The notes under the pieces were generated by a model. It saw nothing but the letters and a program-made list of their open reading frames with translations, was not told the DNA's origin and made no database searches. The position numbers and the translations under genes are program-made. DNA of 64,000 nt from Chitinophagales bacterium. Lineage in GTDB: Bacteria > Bacteroidota > Bacteroidia > Chitinophagales > Chitinophagaceae. This document shows positions 16,960 to 27,688 of this stretch, one piece after another (position 1 is the first letter of the stretch; each line of letters begins with the position of its first letter). Location: NCBI GenBank assembly GCA_020636495.1, contig JACJXQ010000009.1, positions 53,823-117,822 on the forward strand, read 5' to 3'.

Positions 16960-17577
16960 TTATAAAAATGAAAAACCAAGATGTATCTGTATCGTACCCA
17001 GTTTCCAGCTTTCACCTACTGATGAAAGGTTCTGATCGCTAAGTCCGAATGTATACCGGATACCGGCATTGAGTTTTGCAGGCAATTTCAGTTGCAAACC
17101 TACCACACCAGCAAAATCGCTGGTATTGAAAACTGTTGAAGTTGGCGTATTCAATATACCATCCTTATCCTTGGCAGACAGCAGGCTGCTGAATTGCGGG
17201 CCTAACTGTATGCTGGCATTGCCAAACATTTTCAGGTTCAGCAATACCGGGATATGCAGATATACAGCAGAGAAACTGCCTTGTGAAGTGCTATCTACAG
17301 GATTGAGCAACAATCCTGCATCCTGGAAACTTCTACCCTGGCCCGTAAATGTAGTGGTACTCACCAGGGCTTCGATCTGCCCTGCAATTTTTTTAACGCC
17401 TACACTACCAAAAGCACCGGCCAGTATGCCGGACCTGTAACCACCTGTCCATGTACTACCTTGTAAACGGGTAAAGTTCATTCCCGCCTTCAAACCGATG
17501 TTTACATCAAGAGGCCCCGGTTGTGCAAAGGCCAATACGGGTAAAAAAGCGCATATCAGTAACAAAAACTTTTTCAT
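16960..17577 (-). CDS. small outer-membrane beta-barrel (porin-family) protein
   Basis: Signal peptide MKKFLLLICAFLPVLAFAQ, alternating beta-strand pattern, and a C-terminal aromatic end (LGFSFL). Confidence 0.7.
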   Translation of the reverse strand: MKKFLLLICAFLPVLAFAQPGPLDVNIGLKAGMNFTRLQGSTWTGGYRSGILAGAFGSVGVKKIAGQIEALVSTTTFTGQGRSFQDAGLLLNPVDSTSQGSFSAVYLHIPVLLNLKMFGNASIQLGPQFSSLLSAKDKDGILNTPTSTVFNTSDFAGVVGLQLKLPAKLNAGIRYTFGLSDQNLSSVGESWKLGTIQIHLGFSFL

Positions 17578-17641
17578 ATCCTCTGATTTTGTACAACAAA
17601 TATATTAATCCTGAACGAATTATGCAGACAGGCTAATACCG

Positions 17642-19240
17642 TTAAAGAGATATAACAAGAAATTCACTTTTCAGGGGCAGGCATTCTTTCACGACCATAT
17701 CTATCAACTCAATACCGCATATGGGGTAATATTCAATAAAGTTCTCAACTCGCTCCTGTAAGCCCCCTCCTGGAAATAATATTGTCTTCAGTCGCTCTAT
17801 CCTACGCAATTCAGTCTCATGATTTCTTTTTTCAGCACGTAGCATCTTCTTCTCCAACACCTGTAACTGTTTCCTGATACGTGCCAACGCCGCATCTGCC
17901 GATGCTGACAGTGTAGGATCAAGAGACATGGCTTTTTCTTTCAACTTGCTCAACAAAGTTTCAAATCCTTCCTGTTCATTATCCGTATGCCAGTGCCCGC
18001 TACTCTCTTCGTCTATATATTCTTTTGTCAATTGTTCCGTTGACTTGAACAAATCGTTGACCGTATGTCCCGTTTTCTCCAGCAACTCTGCTGCTTTCTT
18101 CCCTATCAGCATTATCGACTGGCGTAGCAGTATCACCGGGTAAAACACCCCATAATGAGCGAACAGTTCTTTTAATTGTAACCAATAGGCCACCTCTGCC
18201 CCACCACCTATAAAGGCTACATTGGGCAGGATGCTCTCCTGCAAAATACCCCGTAATATTACATTCGGGCTGAAACGTTCGGGATGTGTTTTCAGTTCGT
18301 CCAGCATTTCATCTTTCGTCCACGAAATGTCTGTATTCAACACAACCCACTTATCCCCAGCTTTCTCAATTCTTTCTCTCAGTCCATCTGCCAGGTAAAA
18401 GATATTGATATCCCTCGGGTATGCCTGTGATTTATATTGTTCGGCCAGCAACCCGGCTTGTTTGGTTACTATGGGGTTAGCCGTATGGTTCAGCAAATCG
18501 TCTTCCAATACAGCTAATATCTCTTTCTTAAAGGCTGCCTCATCAGGATCCAGCACCAGCAAACCGTACTGCCCGAATAGTTCATTTACCAGGTACTTGG
18601 TAGCCTTTCCTATTGTATCATGTTTAAGATAGGCCTCAGTCAACATTTTTTTAAGCCTGTCAGCGTTCGGCCCCGGAGGACCCAGCACCCTAAACAGTTT
18701 ATCCAGCAATGGCTTCAGACTCTGGGTGTCCATTCTGCCCACAGCACCAGCCTGTCCGTCCGCATCCCATACATACTTTTCACCTCCATAGCGGAAGGTA
18801 CCCAGCTCATCCAGGTCGTTGTCCTCGCTACCCATATAGTAAACAGGCACGAAGTGTTTGCCGGGGTATTGAGCATTAAGATGTTGAGCCAGTTGTATGG
18901 CATGTGCTATTTTATAAATAAAGTACAAGTAGCCTGTCAGCAGGTTGGGCTGGTGTGCGGTACATATGGTAAATGTATTTTCATCCCCTAACCGTTTGAT
19001 ATTCTCAGCTACAGCTTCCGTTTGCACAAGGTTGCTGTATTGCATTGTCAGTGTTTCAACCAGCACTTTCCTGTTTACGGGAAATTTTGCCCTGTCATGT
19101 ATGGCCGCCTCTATTCCTGCTTCGTCAGGAGTGTATTTATAAAACGGGGATAACGCCTGGTTCTTGTCCAGGTAATCCGTCACCAACGACGAGAATGCAC
19201 CTGTTTCTTTATACGGTATGTATGTACACTTATACTCCAA
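17642..19240 (-). CDS. bshC: bacillithiol biosynthesis cysteine-adding enzyme BshC
   Basis: 532 aa. The N-terminus (IPYKETGAFSSLVTDYLDKNQALSPFY) and the overall length and architecture match the BshC (YllA) family as I remember it. Confidence 0.85.
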   Translation of the reverse strand: MEYKCTYIPYKETGAFSSLVTDYLDKNQALSPFYKYTPDEAGIEAAIHDRAKFPVNRKVLVETLTMQYSNLVQTEAVAENIKRLGDENTFTICTAHQPNLLTGYLYFIYKIAHAIQLAQHLNAQYPGKHFVPVYYMGSEDNDLDELGTFRYGGEKYVWDADGQAGAVGRMDTQSLKPLLDKLFRVLGPPGPNADRLKKMLTEAYLKHDTIGKATKYLVNELFGQYGLLVLDPDEAAFKKEILAVLEDDLLNHTANPIVTKQAGLLAEQYKSQAYPRDINIFYLADGLRERIEKAGDKWVVLNTDISWTKDEMLDELKTHPERFSPNVILRGILQESILPNVAFIGGGAEVAYWLQLKELFAHYGVFYPVILLRQSIMLIGKKAAELLEKTGHTVNDLFKSTEQLTKEYIDEESSGHWHTDNEQEGFETLLSKLKEKAMSLDPTLSASADAALARIRKQLQVLEKKMLRAEKRNHETELRRIERLKTILFPGGGLQERVENFIEYYPICGIELIDMVVKECLPLKSEFLVISL

Positions 19241-19659
19241 AGGGAACTATAATTTGACGCTAAGTTAAAGGTACATAATGATACTTGCCCCTATACTCCT
19301 ATAAACAATGGCGATTGTTTAACATTTAATGGCAGATGAACTGTATTACGAACCCTTATTGTCGAAACTATGAAATAAAATAAATTTCAAATAAACAATA
19401 ATTTAACGTATATTTACTTATCGATAAAGTGATTTATCAACACAGTTCTTTGACATGAAAACATAAGCTGAGGTTACGTATCACTCATTATACATTAAAA
19501 CAAGGCACATATAAATTAAACAACGTAGTACCCCCGTCAAAAACAATAAAAAACGATACAAAATGATACAAAACGGACTGTTTTTGACAATGCACATTCG
19601 GCATAAACAATAACATTAATATATAACTATATTCAACCAAACAAGGCTATATTTGATAC

Positions 19660-20349
19660 GTGACCATAACCAACAGCATAAAGAACTGGGCGGAAGATGA
19701 GCGCCCCCGTGAAAAACTACTGCATAAGGGTGCACCCGTACTTTCAGACGCAGAACTGCTGGCCATACTCATATCCAGCGGCACAAAGGAACGGTCTGCA
19801 CTGGACCTGGCCAGGGACATTCTGAAACTGGCAGATAATGACCTGCATACACTGGGCAGGCTCAGCGTGCAGGAACTGCAACAGACCAAAGGCATTGGCG
19901 AGGCAAGGGCCATAACCATAGCCGCCGCACTGGAGCTGGGGCGCAGGCGGCAACTATCCGCCGGGCTGTCACGGCAGTCTATTACTCAGAGCAAAGACGC
20001 GGCAGAAATATTCATACCGCTTATGCGCGACCTGGGACACGAGGTGTTCTATGTATTGTACCTGAGCCAGTCGGGCGGCGTGATACGTTGCGAGAACATC
20101 GGCAAAGGCGGACTGACAGGAACCGTAGCCGATATCCGCATCATATTAAAGAACGCCTTGCTATATAGTGCAGCCAGGCTGATAGTCAGTCATAATCACC
20201 CATCCGGCAACCTGAAACCTAGCAAAGAAGACATCGCCATGACAACAAAGCTGAAAGAAGCTGCTACCTTGATGGATATAAAGCTGCTGGACCATATAAT
20301 AGTTGGTAATAATAACTATTGCAGCATGGCCGATGAGGGGATTATTTAG
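19660..20349 (+). CDS. radC: RadC-family JAMM-domain protein
   Basis: IKNWAEDERPREKL N-terminus, HhH region, and the JAMM motif HNHPSGNLKPSKEDIAMT. GTG start. Confidence 0.9.
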   Translation: MTITNSIKNWAEDERPREKLLHKGAPVLSDAELLAILISSGTKERSALDLARDILKLADNDLHTLGRLSVQELQQTKGIGEARAITIAAALELGRRRQLSAGLSRQSITQSKDAAEIFIPLMRDLGHEVFYVLYLSQSGGVIRCENIGKGGLTGTVADIRIILKNALLYSAARLIVSHNHPSGNLKPSKEDIAMTTKLKEAATLMDIKLLDHIIVGNNNYCSMADEGII

Positions 20350-20400
20350 TGGCTGATTATTTGCTATCTTGCGGCGACAAAAGCTAATTACAAGGGATCA

Positions 20401-21387
20401 ATGTTAAAAATAGGTGTTTTTGGTGCCGGCCACCTGGGCAGGATACATATCCAGCAGTGGAAAGAAGTACCCGGTATAGAGTTGACGGGCTTTTTCGACC
20501 CTGATGATGCTAAGGCTGATGCTGTGAGCAAAGAGTTCGGGGTACAACGCTACACGAGTATCGACGAACTTATAGAGGCATGTAGTGCGCTGGACATTGT
20601 CTCTACTACCGTCACCCACTATGAGATAGCCCAAAAATGCCTGCTGGCAGGTAAGCATATCTTTATAGAAAAGCCATTGGCACAGTCTATTGAAGAAGCG
20701 CAAAAACTGGTGCAACTGGTAAAGGAAGCTAATGTAAAATGCCAGGTAGGACACGTAGAACGTTATAACCCTGCGTACCTCGCATTAGAAGAGCAGGGGC
20801 TGCAACCCATGTTTATTGAAGCGCACAGGCTGGCACAATTCAACCCTCGCGGCACTGACGTATCTGTGATACTGGACCTGATGATACATGACATAGACAT
20901 CGTGATGCACCTGGTCAAATCGCCCGTAAGACGCATTTCGGCAAGTGGTGTATCAGTTGTCAGTGAGTCTGCAGATATAGCCAATGCACGCATCGAGTTT
21001 GACAACGGCTGTGTGGCCAACCTGACATCCAGCCGCATATCGATAAAAAAGATGCGTAAGATGAGGTTGTTCCAGCGTGACGCATATATCGGCATTGACT
21101 TCCTGGAAAAGAAGACAGAAGTAATACGACTGAAAACCGAAGATATGGCTAAGGGGGCTTTCGACTTCCCGATAGAAGTACCGGGTGGCGAACAAAAGAC
21201 CATATCTATACAAATGCCTGAGATACAACCCGTAAACGCTATAAGAATGGAGTTGGAAGAATTCTCAAAAGCCATTCTGGAAGATAAACCAGTCAGGGTA
21301 TCTGTATATGATGGGTACCAGGCCATGGATGTAGCTCACCAGATACTTAAAAAAATGAGCATCCACAATGAACTACATAACGTTTAA
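20401..21387 (+). CDS. Gfo/Idh/MocA family oxidoreductase
   Basis: IGVFGAGHLGRIH Rossmann N-terminus and an EKPLA motif. Confidence 0.85.
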   Translation: MLKIGVFGAGHLGRIHIQQWKEVPGIELTGFFDPDDAKADAVSKEFGVQRYTSIDELIEACSALDIVSTTVTHYEIAQKCLLAGKHIFIEKPLAQSIEEAQKLVQLVKEANVKCQVGHVERYNPAYLALEEQGLQPMFIEAHRLAQFNPRGTDVSVILDLMIHDIDIVMHLVKSPVRRISASGVSVVSESADIANARIEFDNGCVANLTSSRISIKKMRKMRLFQRDAYIGIDFLEKKTEVIRLKTEDMAKGAFDFPIEVPGGEQKTISIQMPEIQPVNAIRMELEEFSKAILEDKPVRVSVYDGYQAMDVAHQILKKMSIHNELHNV

Positions 21388-21446
21388 CACAATAATAGAA
21401 GCGTAAAAGGCGTTTTAAACGCAGGTGATCTAGAATTATTGCACAG

Positions 21447-22313
21447 ATGAGACTTAAAAATTTGTTGTTTTTGGTGCCGGTGATATTATCTGTAACAGGA
21501 TGCAATATCATCAACCCGGCAGAACCTGTACCCACCTATATCAAGATAGATTCATTTCATTTTGTGTCCAATAACCCTGTTAAGGAAGGTCCGATATCGC
21601 AGGGCATTACTAATGTATGGATATATTACAATAACTCCCCCGTAGGCGCATTTGACCTGCCTTGTAATGTACCGGTGATAACAGATGGTGAGAAAGGACA
21701 GATATCTGTCGCCCCGGGTATAAAGCTTAACGGATTGGTTGCACTACAGCCGCAGTATCCATTCTACCGTTTTGACACCACTACCTTGATAACCAATCCC
21801 GGCAACGTACAGGAATTTATTCCGACAACCTCTTATATTGATGCCGCAAAGTTCCCGTATAAAGAAGATTTTGAAGTAGGTAACTCATTCCAGGCCTTTA
21901 TACCTGAAGCTACTGACGATACCTCTATCTTCAGAACAACTGACCCCGATAACGTTCTTACCGGAGGTGGGGCGGGTATGATATACCTTACATCGGAACA
22001 TGCTTATTCACAAAACATCAGCAACACGGGTTTTGATATACCACAAGGAGAAGCCTACATTGAGATCAACTACAAAGGAAATATATCTTTTGAAGTAGGG
22101 TTGTACAACACATTGACCAATGGTGTTGATGCTTACGATTCAATTTTTGGCGTAAATGCAAGTGACACCTGGAAAAAGATATATATCGAGCTGGCATCTT
22201 ATACTGGTGCAAATAAAGGAACCAACTATAAAGTGATGATCATGACATCACTAAAAGAAGGGCAGACATCCGGCCACCTGGCTATTGACAATATTAAAGT
22301 GGTAACCTTCTGA
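21447..22313 (+). CDS. hypothetical lipoprotein
   Basis: Lipobox LSVTGC. I recognise no family. It lies directly upstream of the sugar transferase. Confidence 0.6.
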   Translation: MRLKNLLFLVPVILSVTGCNIINPAEPVPTYIKIDSFHFVSNNPVKEGPISQGITNVWIYYNNSPVGAFDLPCNVPVITDGEKGQISVAPGIKLNGLVALQPQYPFYRFDTTTLITNPGNVQEFIPTTSYIDAAKFPYKEDFEVGNSFQAFIPEATDDTSIFRTTDPDNVLTGGGAGMIYLTSEHAYSQNISNTGFDIPQGEAYIEINYKGNISFEVGLYNTLTNGVDAYDSIFGVNASDTWKKIYIELASYTGANKGTNYKVMIMTSLKEGQTSGHLAIDNIKVVTF

Positions 22314-22321
22314 TATAAACA

Positions 22322-23746
22322 ATGAACCTGTCAAAAACCAAAATAGCTGCTATCAGGAAGCTGGTGATATCCGACTATATCGCTGCGCTGGTTGCCTGGT
22401 TGTTATTTTGGGGCTACAGGCACTATTTGCTGGAACAAATAGACTTCTGGAATTCATGGAAAATATTCGGTGCCAGGGACTACCTGATGACCATCGTGAT
22501 CATACCTGGCGGATGGCTGGTACTCTATATGCTGGCTGGTACTTATTTCGACCTGTATCGCAAGTCAAGGCTCGACGAAGTGAACCGTACACTCATCTCT
22601 TGCATACTCGGTAGCATATTGGTTTCCCTATTCATTTTTGCCAATGATGCCGAAGACTATTCCTACTTCATACGCACTACCGGAAGATACCTGTTCATTC
22701 ATACGGCAGCTACTTTATTCAGCCGGCTTTTGTTGCTGAACCATGTAAAGAACAACCTGATAGAAGGTAAAGTAGGGTTCAATACTCTTATCATCGGCGG
22801 TAACCAGAAGGCCATTGATATATACAAAAAAGTTAGCGGCAGCACCAAAGTACTAGGCAACATTTTTAAGGGTTTTATTTATAGCACAAAAGAGAATGGT
22901 AACGGCATGAGTCGGCACTTACCACAACTGGGACACCTATCGGAACTGGAACAAATAATAGACGAGCACGAAATAGAAGAGGTGATAGTAGCTGTAGACA
23001 CATCAGAACACCACCTGCTGGAGAATATCATTACCCGTCTCAGCTATCGACCTGTTGTGGTGAAGATTCAGCCTGACCTATACGATATCATATCAGGCTC
23101 TGTAAAAACGAGCAATGTATACGATGCCGTACTGATACATATATACCCCGACCTGATGCCCCACTGGCAGCGAGTATGCAAGCGTGCCTTCGACATATTC
23201 GCTTCTGCTATGGCACTGACCATTTTATCTCCTGTACTCTTGTTTGCAGCTATCAGGGTAAAGCTATCGTCAGCAGGGCCTATCATCTACAAACAACAGC
23301 GCATAGGGCTGTTTGGAGAACCCTTTTACATCTACAAGTTCCGCTCTATGTATACCGACGCAGAGCAGCACGGGCCCGCCCTTTCCAGCACAGATGATAA
23401 GCGCATTACCCCCTGGGGCAAGTTCATGCGCAAATGGCGCATAGACGAGCTGCCACAATTCCTGAACATACTCAAGGGCGAAATGTCGCTGGTAGGCCCC
23501 AGGCCCGAAAGACAATACTTTATCAATAAGATCATAGAGACACACCCTCACTACAAATACCTTCATAAGGTAAAACCGGGACTCACATCGTGGGGTATGG
23601 TACAATTCGGCTATGCTGAGAATGTAGACGAGATGGTAGACCGTATGAAATACGATCTGCTGTATATAGAGAACTGCAGCCTGATGCTGGATGTAAAGAT
23701 CATGGCCTATACGCTTATTGTACTCTTCCAGGGCAGGGGCAAGTAA
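22322..23746 (+). CDS. polyprenyl-phosphate glycosyl-1-phosphate transferase (bacterial sugar transferase, WbaP/EpsB-like)
   Basis: Multi-TM N-terminus. The C-terminal domain carries FDIFAS...PIIYKQQRIG...FYIYKFRSM...DELPQFLNILKGEMSLVGPRPE. Confidence 0.9.
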   Translation: MNLSKTKIAAIRKLVISDYIAALVAWLLFWGYRHYLLEQIDFWNSWKIFGARDYLMTIVIIPGGWLVLYMLAGTYFDLYRKSRLDEVNRTLISCILGSILVSLFIFANDAEDYSYFIRTTGRYLFIHTAATLFSRLLLLNHVKNNLIEGKVGFNTLIIGGNQKAIDIYKKVSGSTKVLGNIFKGFIYSTKENGNGMSRHLPQLGHLSELEQIIDEHEIEEVIVAVDTSEHHLLENIITRLSYRPVVVKIQPDLYDIISGSVKTSNVYDAVLIHIYPDLMPHWQRVCKRAFDIFASAMALTILSPVLLFAAIRVKLSSAGPIIYKQQRIGLFGEPFYIYKFRSMYTDAEQHGPALSSTDDKRITPWGKFMRKWRIDELPQFLNILKGEMSLVGPRPERQYFINKIIETHPHYKYLHKVKPGLTSWGMVQFGYAENVDEMVDRMKYDLLYIENCSLMLDVKIMAYTLIVLFQGRGK

Positions 23747-23748
23747 AA

Positions 23749-23773
23749 AAGGAGAGCCTGCGCCCTCCTTTTT
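23749..23773. terminator. putative bidirectional terminator
   Basis: AGGAGAGC/GCCCTCCT hairpin flanked by A6 and T6 runs, between convergent genes. Confidence 0.6.
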
Positions 23774-23798
23774 TGTATTTATTATCAGCCCCATATTA

Positions 23799-25244
23799 TT
23801 ATTTCCTCAGGCGCTTGAGTATCAAATCCTCCTGTGCTGCTTTCAATGCCTCCACTTTGTCTACAGATTTGCCTTTGTTATTCTCTAAATGATCCTGGAA
23901 CACATGGCTCAGGTAGAGCGGTGATGTACTGTCACTACTGTTGAACGATACACCTGTATGACAAGAGAAACAGTTGGCCAGGTTTGATGCTTTAATGGTG
24001 CTGATGCTGGTCTGGAAGGTCTGCATAAAGCTCTCCATTGTCACATTAGCACAATTGACACTACCACGTGCAGAACTGCCGGGTGTAGCAGCACCTATGT
24101 TGTAGCCCAGGCTTTTTATCAAAGCTGCCTGTTGTTCAGGTGTAGTACCGTCCATGTTCAGCCATAAGGCCCCATTGTAAAAGTAGTTCTCCCACACATC
24201 ATCCAGTTTGCCCTGTACACATACGTTTATACCCTGTGTATTGTTATAATTGACAGGCTCCTGCTGCGAGGTAGACATGAAACCTCCACCAGCATCGCGA
24301 GGTACGCCATACTCAAACAGGTCGAATACCTGGTATGGTGTCATACCCAGTTTGGTGGTCTTGTCGTAGCGAATACCATCAATACCTGACACACTTCCTT
24401 TTTTGAACAGGAGCATATCTTCCGTTGCACTCGCTGAATTGGCAACCCAGTCGTAATCAGGTGCCAGGTCGTTATGCTCGAAAGTGGCCCATATAAACTC
24501 GGGATGGTTCTCAACCACACCCACGACATGCATACCTATCAGCGCTACTTCAGTGTTCTTATATGTATTACCACCATCAGCAGAAAGAGATGCGGTTGTA
24601 GTGTAATAGTTGATCTGTTTGTCGGCGGGTATTGCTGATACAGGCACCCAGGCTACTTTCAGTTCAAAAGAACCTACAGGGTAGGTAGATGAATTATCTG
24701 CAGGCAACTTACCACTGATGATCTCCTGCGCGAAAGCTACACCGCTTTTGTACATTATATCATTCATGTGTATAGAATAATACACCGTTTCGCTGGTACC
24801 ACCATAATCAGCATTGGTCTGCAAAATAGGGCTACCACTACCTGCCTGTTTAGTATCCTGCAACACCACCATTGTACCTGCCGGTATGGTTATAGGCGAC
24901 ATGTAGGTGGTTATCTCCTGAATATCGGAAGAAGTAAGGAACAATGGATTACCATTTGCATCCGGTTTGGTCAGCCACAGAAACTTATTGTAAGCCCACT
25001 GGTGGAATATCTGGTTCGTGGTGCTCTGGGCATCAAAAGGACTTCCTTTTCCTTCGGCAGGGGGCGGTGTTTGCGTGTGTGGGAACCAGCTTGGTGTTAC
25101 AATACACAGATCGTCAGGATTGGTAGTAGTATCCGCGTTTGCGGCATAGTCGTCAGTCTTTTCGTCTGATTTTTTTTCGTCTGAGCAACGAGTGAGCAGC
25201 ATAGCAGTAGCTGCTATTGTGCATAGCAAGAGCGTCTTTTTCAT
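23799..25244 (-). CDS. hypothetical lipoprotein with a single C-terminal CXXCH motif
   Basis: Lipobox LLTRC, 481 aa, and CFSCH near the C-terminus. I recognise no family. Confidence 0.65.
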   Translation of the reverse strand: MKKTLLLCTIAATAMLLTRCSDEKKSDEKTDDYAANADTTTNPDDLCIVTPSWFPHTQTPPPAEGKGSPFDAQSTTNQIFHQWAYNKFLWLTKPDANGNPLFLTSSDIQEITTYMSPITIPAGTMVVLQDTKQAGSGSPILQTNADYGGTSETVYYSIHMNDIMYKSGVAFAQEIISGKLPADNSSTYPVGSFELKVAWVPVSAIPADKQINYYTTTASLSADGGNTYKNTEVALIGMHVVGVVENHPEFIWATFEHNDLAPDYDWVANSASATEDMLLFKKGSVSGIDGIRYDKTTKLGMTPYQVFDLFEYGVPRDAGGGFMSTSQQEPVNYNNTQGINVCVQGKLDDVWENYFYNGALWLNMDGTTPEQQAALIKSLGYNIGAATPGSSARGSVNCANVTMESFMQTFQTSISTIKASNLANCFSCHTGVSFNSSDSTSPLYLSHVFQDHLENNKGKSVDKVEALKAAQEDLILKRLRK

Positions 25245-25416
25245 AAGAGATAGTTTTAATGAAACAATGTTTTACATGTGATGATAATCTATATCAATGC
25301 AAACTTACACATTTAGAACAGGAAATCATATAGTTAATAATAAAATTATTTAACCACATACGCTACTATTGGTTTGTCGAGTACATCGACCAAAGAGAGG
25401 ATATCTTAATAATAGT

Positions 25417-26766
25417 CTACACTAAAGAGGTAGGGAAGAGCTTACCATTGTTCACGTTCAAGTACTGAATAGCTTCGCCTACAACGAATACACTGCCTGT
25501 TATCAGCAGGGCATCGTTCTTGGCCAGTGCTTCGCGTGCTGCTTTTACAGCATCTGCTACCGATACATACATATTCCCTTCCAGCCCTGCTACTTTTGCA
25601 GCTGACTGTAGTTGGCTGGCAGGCATGGCACGCGGTATATCCGCATTGCAGAAGTAGTAGATATTGTCTTTGGGATACAGTGCCAGTGCGGCGGCTACAT
25701 CTTTATCTTTTACAAAACCGGTAACGATATGTTTCTTACCTGCAGTGATGTTGTTCCATTGTTTCATTGCACCGGTAAGCCCTGCAGGGTTATGTGCCAC
25801 ATCGGCAATAATGAGCGGCTCCTGCTGAAGCACGTCCCAACGGCCGCGCAGGCCTGTTAGTTTTTTCACTTTAGACAAGGCAGCAAATGTTACGTCCAGC
25901 GGCAGCTCTGCCATACCTGACGACACGAGCACATCTCGCACGGCAAGCACAGTTTTTATATTAGCCGCCTGGTAGTCGCCCAGCAGGTCAGTAGTAATAT
26001 CATGCATCTCCCTGCGGCCGCGGTGTATGGCTTTGAACACCTGATATTGCAGGTCGTTTTTCGTGCGTACCATATCCCACATACTTTCGGCGTGATACAC
26101 TACACTTTGTTTGTGTACCGAATTCTCGAAAAACACTCCTTCTGTTTCGGGGTGCTGCTCTCCTATAACCACAGGTACACCTTGTTTGATGATACCCGCT
26201 TTTTCAGTAGCTATCTCCGGCAATGTCTGCCCGAGAAATTCCATATGATCGAACCCGATATTGGTAATAACAGACACCAGCGGTGTGACAACATTGGTAC
26301 TGTCCAGCCTGCCACCCATGCCTGTTTCTATTATAGCTATATCTACTTCCTGTTCGGCAAAAGCGGCAAAGGCCATAGCCACCGTTATCTCGAAGAATGA
26401 AGGTTCTATCTCTTCTATTTGCTGCTTGTAGCGTTCAACAAAATCTATCACCCACTGTTTGCTCACCGGCAGTCCGTCTATGCGTATACGTTCCCTGAAA
26501 TCGATAAGATGGGGAGAAGTGTACAGGCCTGTTTTATAACCCGCCTCCTGGAATACTGCCGCCAGCATATGTGTAACGCTGCCCTTACCATTGGTACCTG
26601 CTACGTGTATAGACTTGAATTTGTCCTGTGGATTGCCCAGCATCCCGCACAGGCGTATGGTATTAGTGAGGTCTTTCTTAAAAGCCGCCGCACCTATGCG
26701 CGTGAACATGGGCAACTGCTCATATAAATAATTGACTGTTTGCTGATACGTAATTTGCTCTTGCAT
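25417..26766 (-). CDS. folC: bifunctional folylpolyglutamate synthase/dihydrofolate synthase
   Basis: HVAGTNGKGS P-loop and Mur-ligase architecture. I chose the ATG at 26766 (MQEQITYQQTVNYLY), which removes the overlap with the upstream TonB gene. Confidence 0.9.
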   Translation of the reverse strand: MQEQITYQQTVNYLYEQLPMFTRIGAAAFKKDLTNTIRLCGMLGNPQDKFKSIHVAGTNGKGSVTHMLAAVFQEAGYKTGLYTSPHLIDFRERIRIDGLPVSKQWVIDFVERYKQQIEEIEPSFFEITVAMAFAAFAEQEVDIAIIETGMGGRLDSTNVVTPLVSVITNIGFDHMEFLGQTLPEIATEKAGIIKQGVPVVIGEQHPETEGVFFENSVHKQSVVYHAESMWDMVRTKNDLQYQVFKAIHRGRREMHDITTDLLGDYQAANIKTVLAVRDVLVSSGMAELPLDVTFAALSKVKKLTGLRGRWDVLQQEPLIIADVAHNPAGLTGAMKQWNNITAGKKHIVTGFVKDKDVAAALALYPKDNIYYFCNADIPRAMPASQLQSAAKVAGLEGNMYVSVADAVKAAREALAKNDALLITGSVFVVGEAIQYLNVNNGKLFPTSLV

Positions 26767-26773
26767 AGAGAAC

Positions 26774-27613
26774 CTATGAACGGGTTTTGAATACAAAGGT
26801 AATATTCCCGAACTGTTCTTCAGGGGCTGTATCACTTTTATTGAAGCGGATGCTGCTTATCTTCTTTAATGCTATTTCCCTGAGTTGCGAGTTGGACGAC
26901 GATACTATGCGCCTGTCAGTAATAATTCCTTGCCTGTTGACTGTAATACGCACTGTCACCTGTCCCCCTTCCTTAAATTCAGCATCACGTGGAGGGAAGG
27001 CTACTATATTACGCCCACTTATGTCGTGGCTAATGCCACTACCTCCGCCGGGAGTGCCTTCATAGTTAGTAGCACCGGGCGTACCACCAGGTACACCTCG
27101 ATCGCTGTTGCCTGTCGTATTGCCTTCGCTGCCACCTTTGGCATCGGTCGTTGCACCATTGCCACCTGTGCCTGTCGCGCCTCCATATACATAGCGTGCT
27201 TTGGGGGCAGGAGTTGTATTATTGTTGGCCGGGCGATCGTTTTTCTTTGCCCTGGTTGTATTGGGTTTGCCTTTTGTATCTGCAGTCTTGTTTGTCTTTA
27301 CAGTATTTACTTCGGGAGATTCAGGATCATTACTTTCCACCATTTCTGCCGGCAGATCAGCCTGTGATGCCGCGGCTACTGTAGCACTGGCCTCATTATC
27401 AGGTGCCGGCTCTTCAGGAGCCATAGGCTGCTCCGTTCCATAGCCATCTGCAGCCGTACCCAGGTTCACTTCAATGCCCATATCACCCGGGCTCTCCATT
27501 TCGGGCACCTTATAAGTTATAAAAAAGAAGAGGAGCAATAACAGTATATGCGCACCTACCGTCCATGCAGCGGCTCTTACATCTATTGTTTGTTCCTGTT
27601 GTACGGTACTCAT
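26774..27613 (-). CDS. energy transducer TonB family protein
   Basis: N-terminal TM anchor, a Pro/Gly/Thr/Asn-rich linker, and a C-terminal TonB_C-like domain (GGQVTVRITVNRQGIITDRRIV...). Confidence 0.8.
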   Translation of the reverse strand: MSTVQQEQTIDVRAAAWTVGAHILLLLLFFFITYKVPEMESPGDMGIEVNLGTAADGYGTEQPMAPEEPAPDNEASATVAAASQADLPAEMVESNDPESPEVNTVKTNKTADTKGKPNTTRAKKNDRPANNNTTPAPKARYVYGGATGTGGNGATTDAKGGSEGNTTGNSDRGVPGGTPGATNYEGTPGGGSGISHDISGRNIVAFPPRDAEFKEGGQVTVRITVNRQGIITDRRIVSSSNSQLREIALKKISSIRFNKSDTAPEEQFGNITFVFKTRS

Positions 27614-27688
27614 CTTGCTTTCAAAAATAAAAAATCAAAATTCAAAAAAGCCTGTCAGCCTTTATACTTTAACTGTTTAACAAAATAT

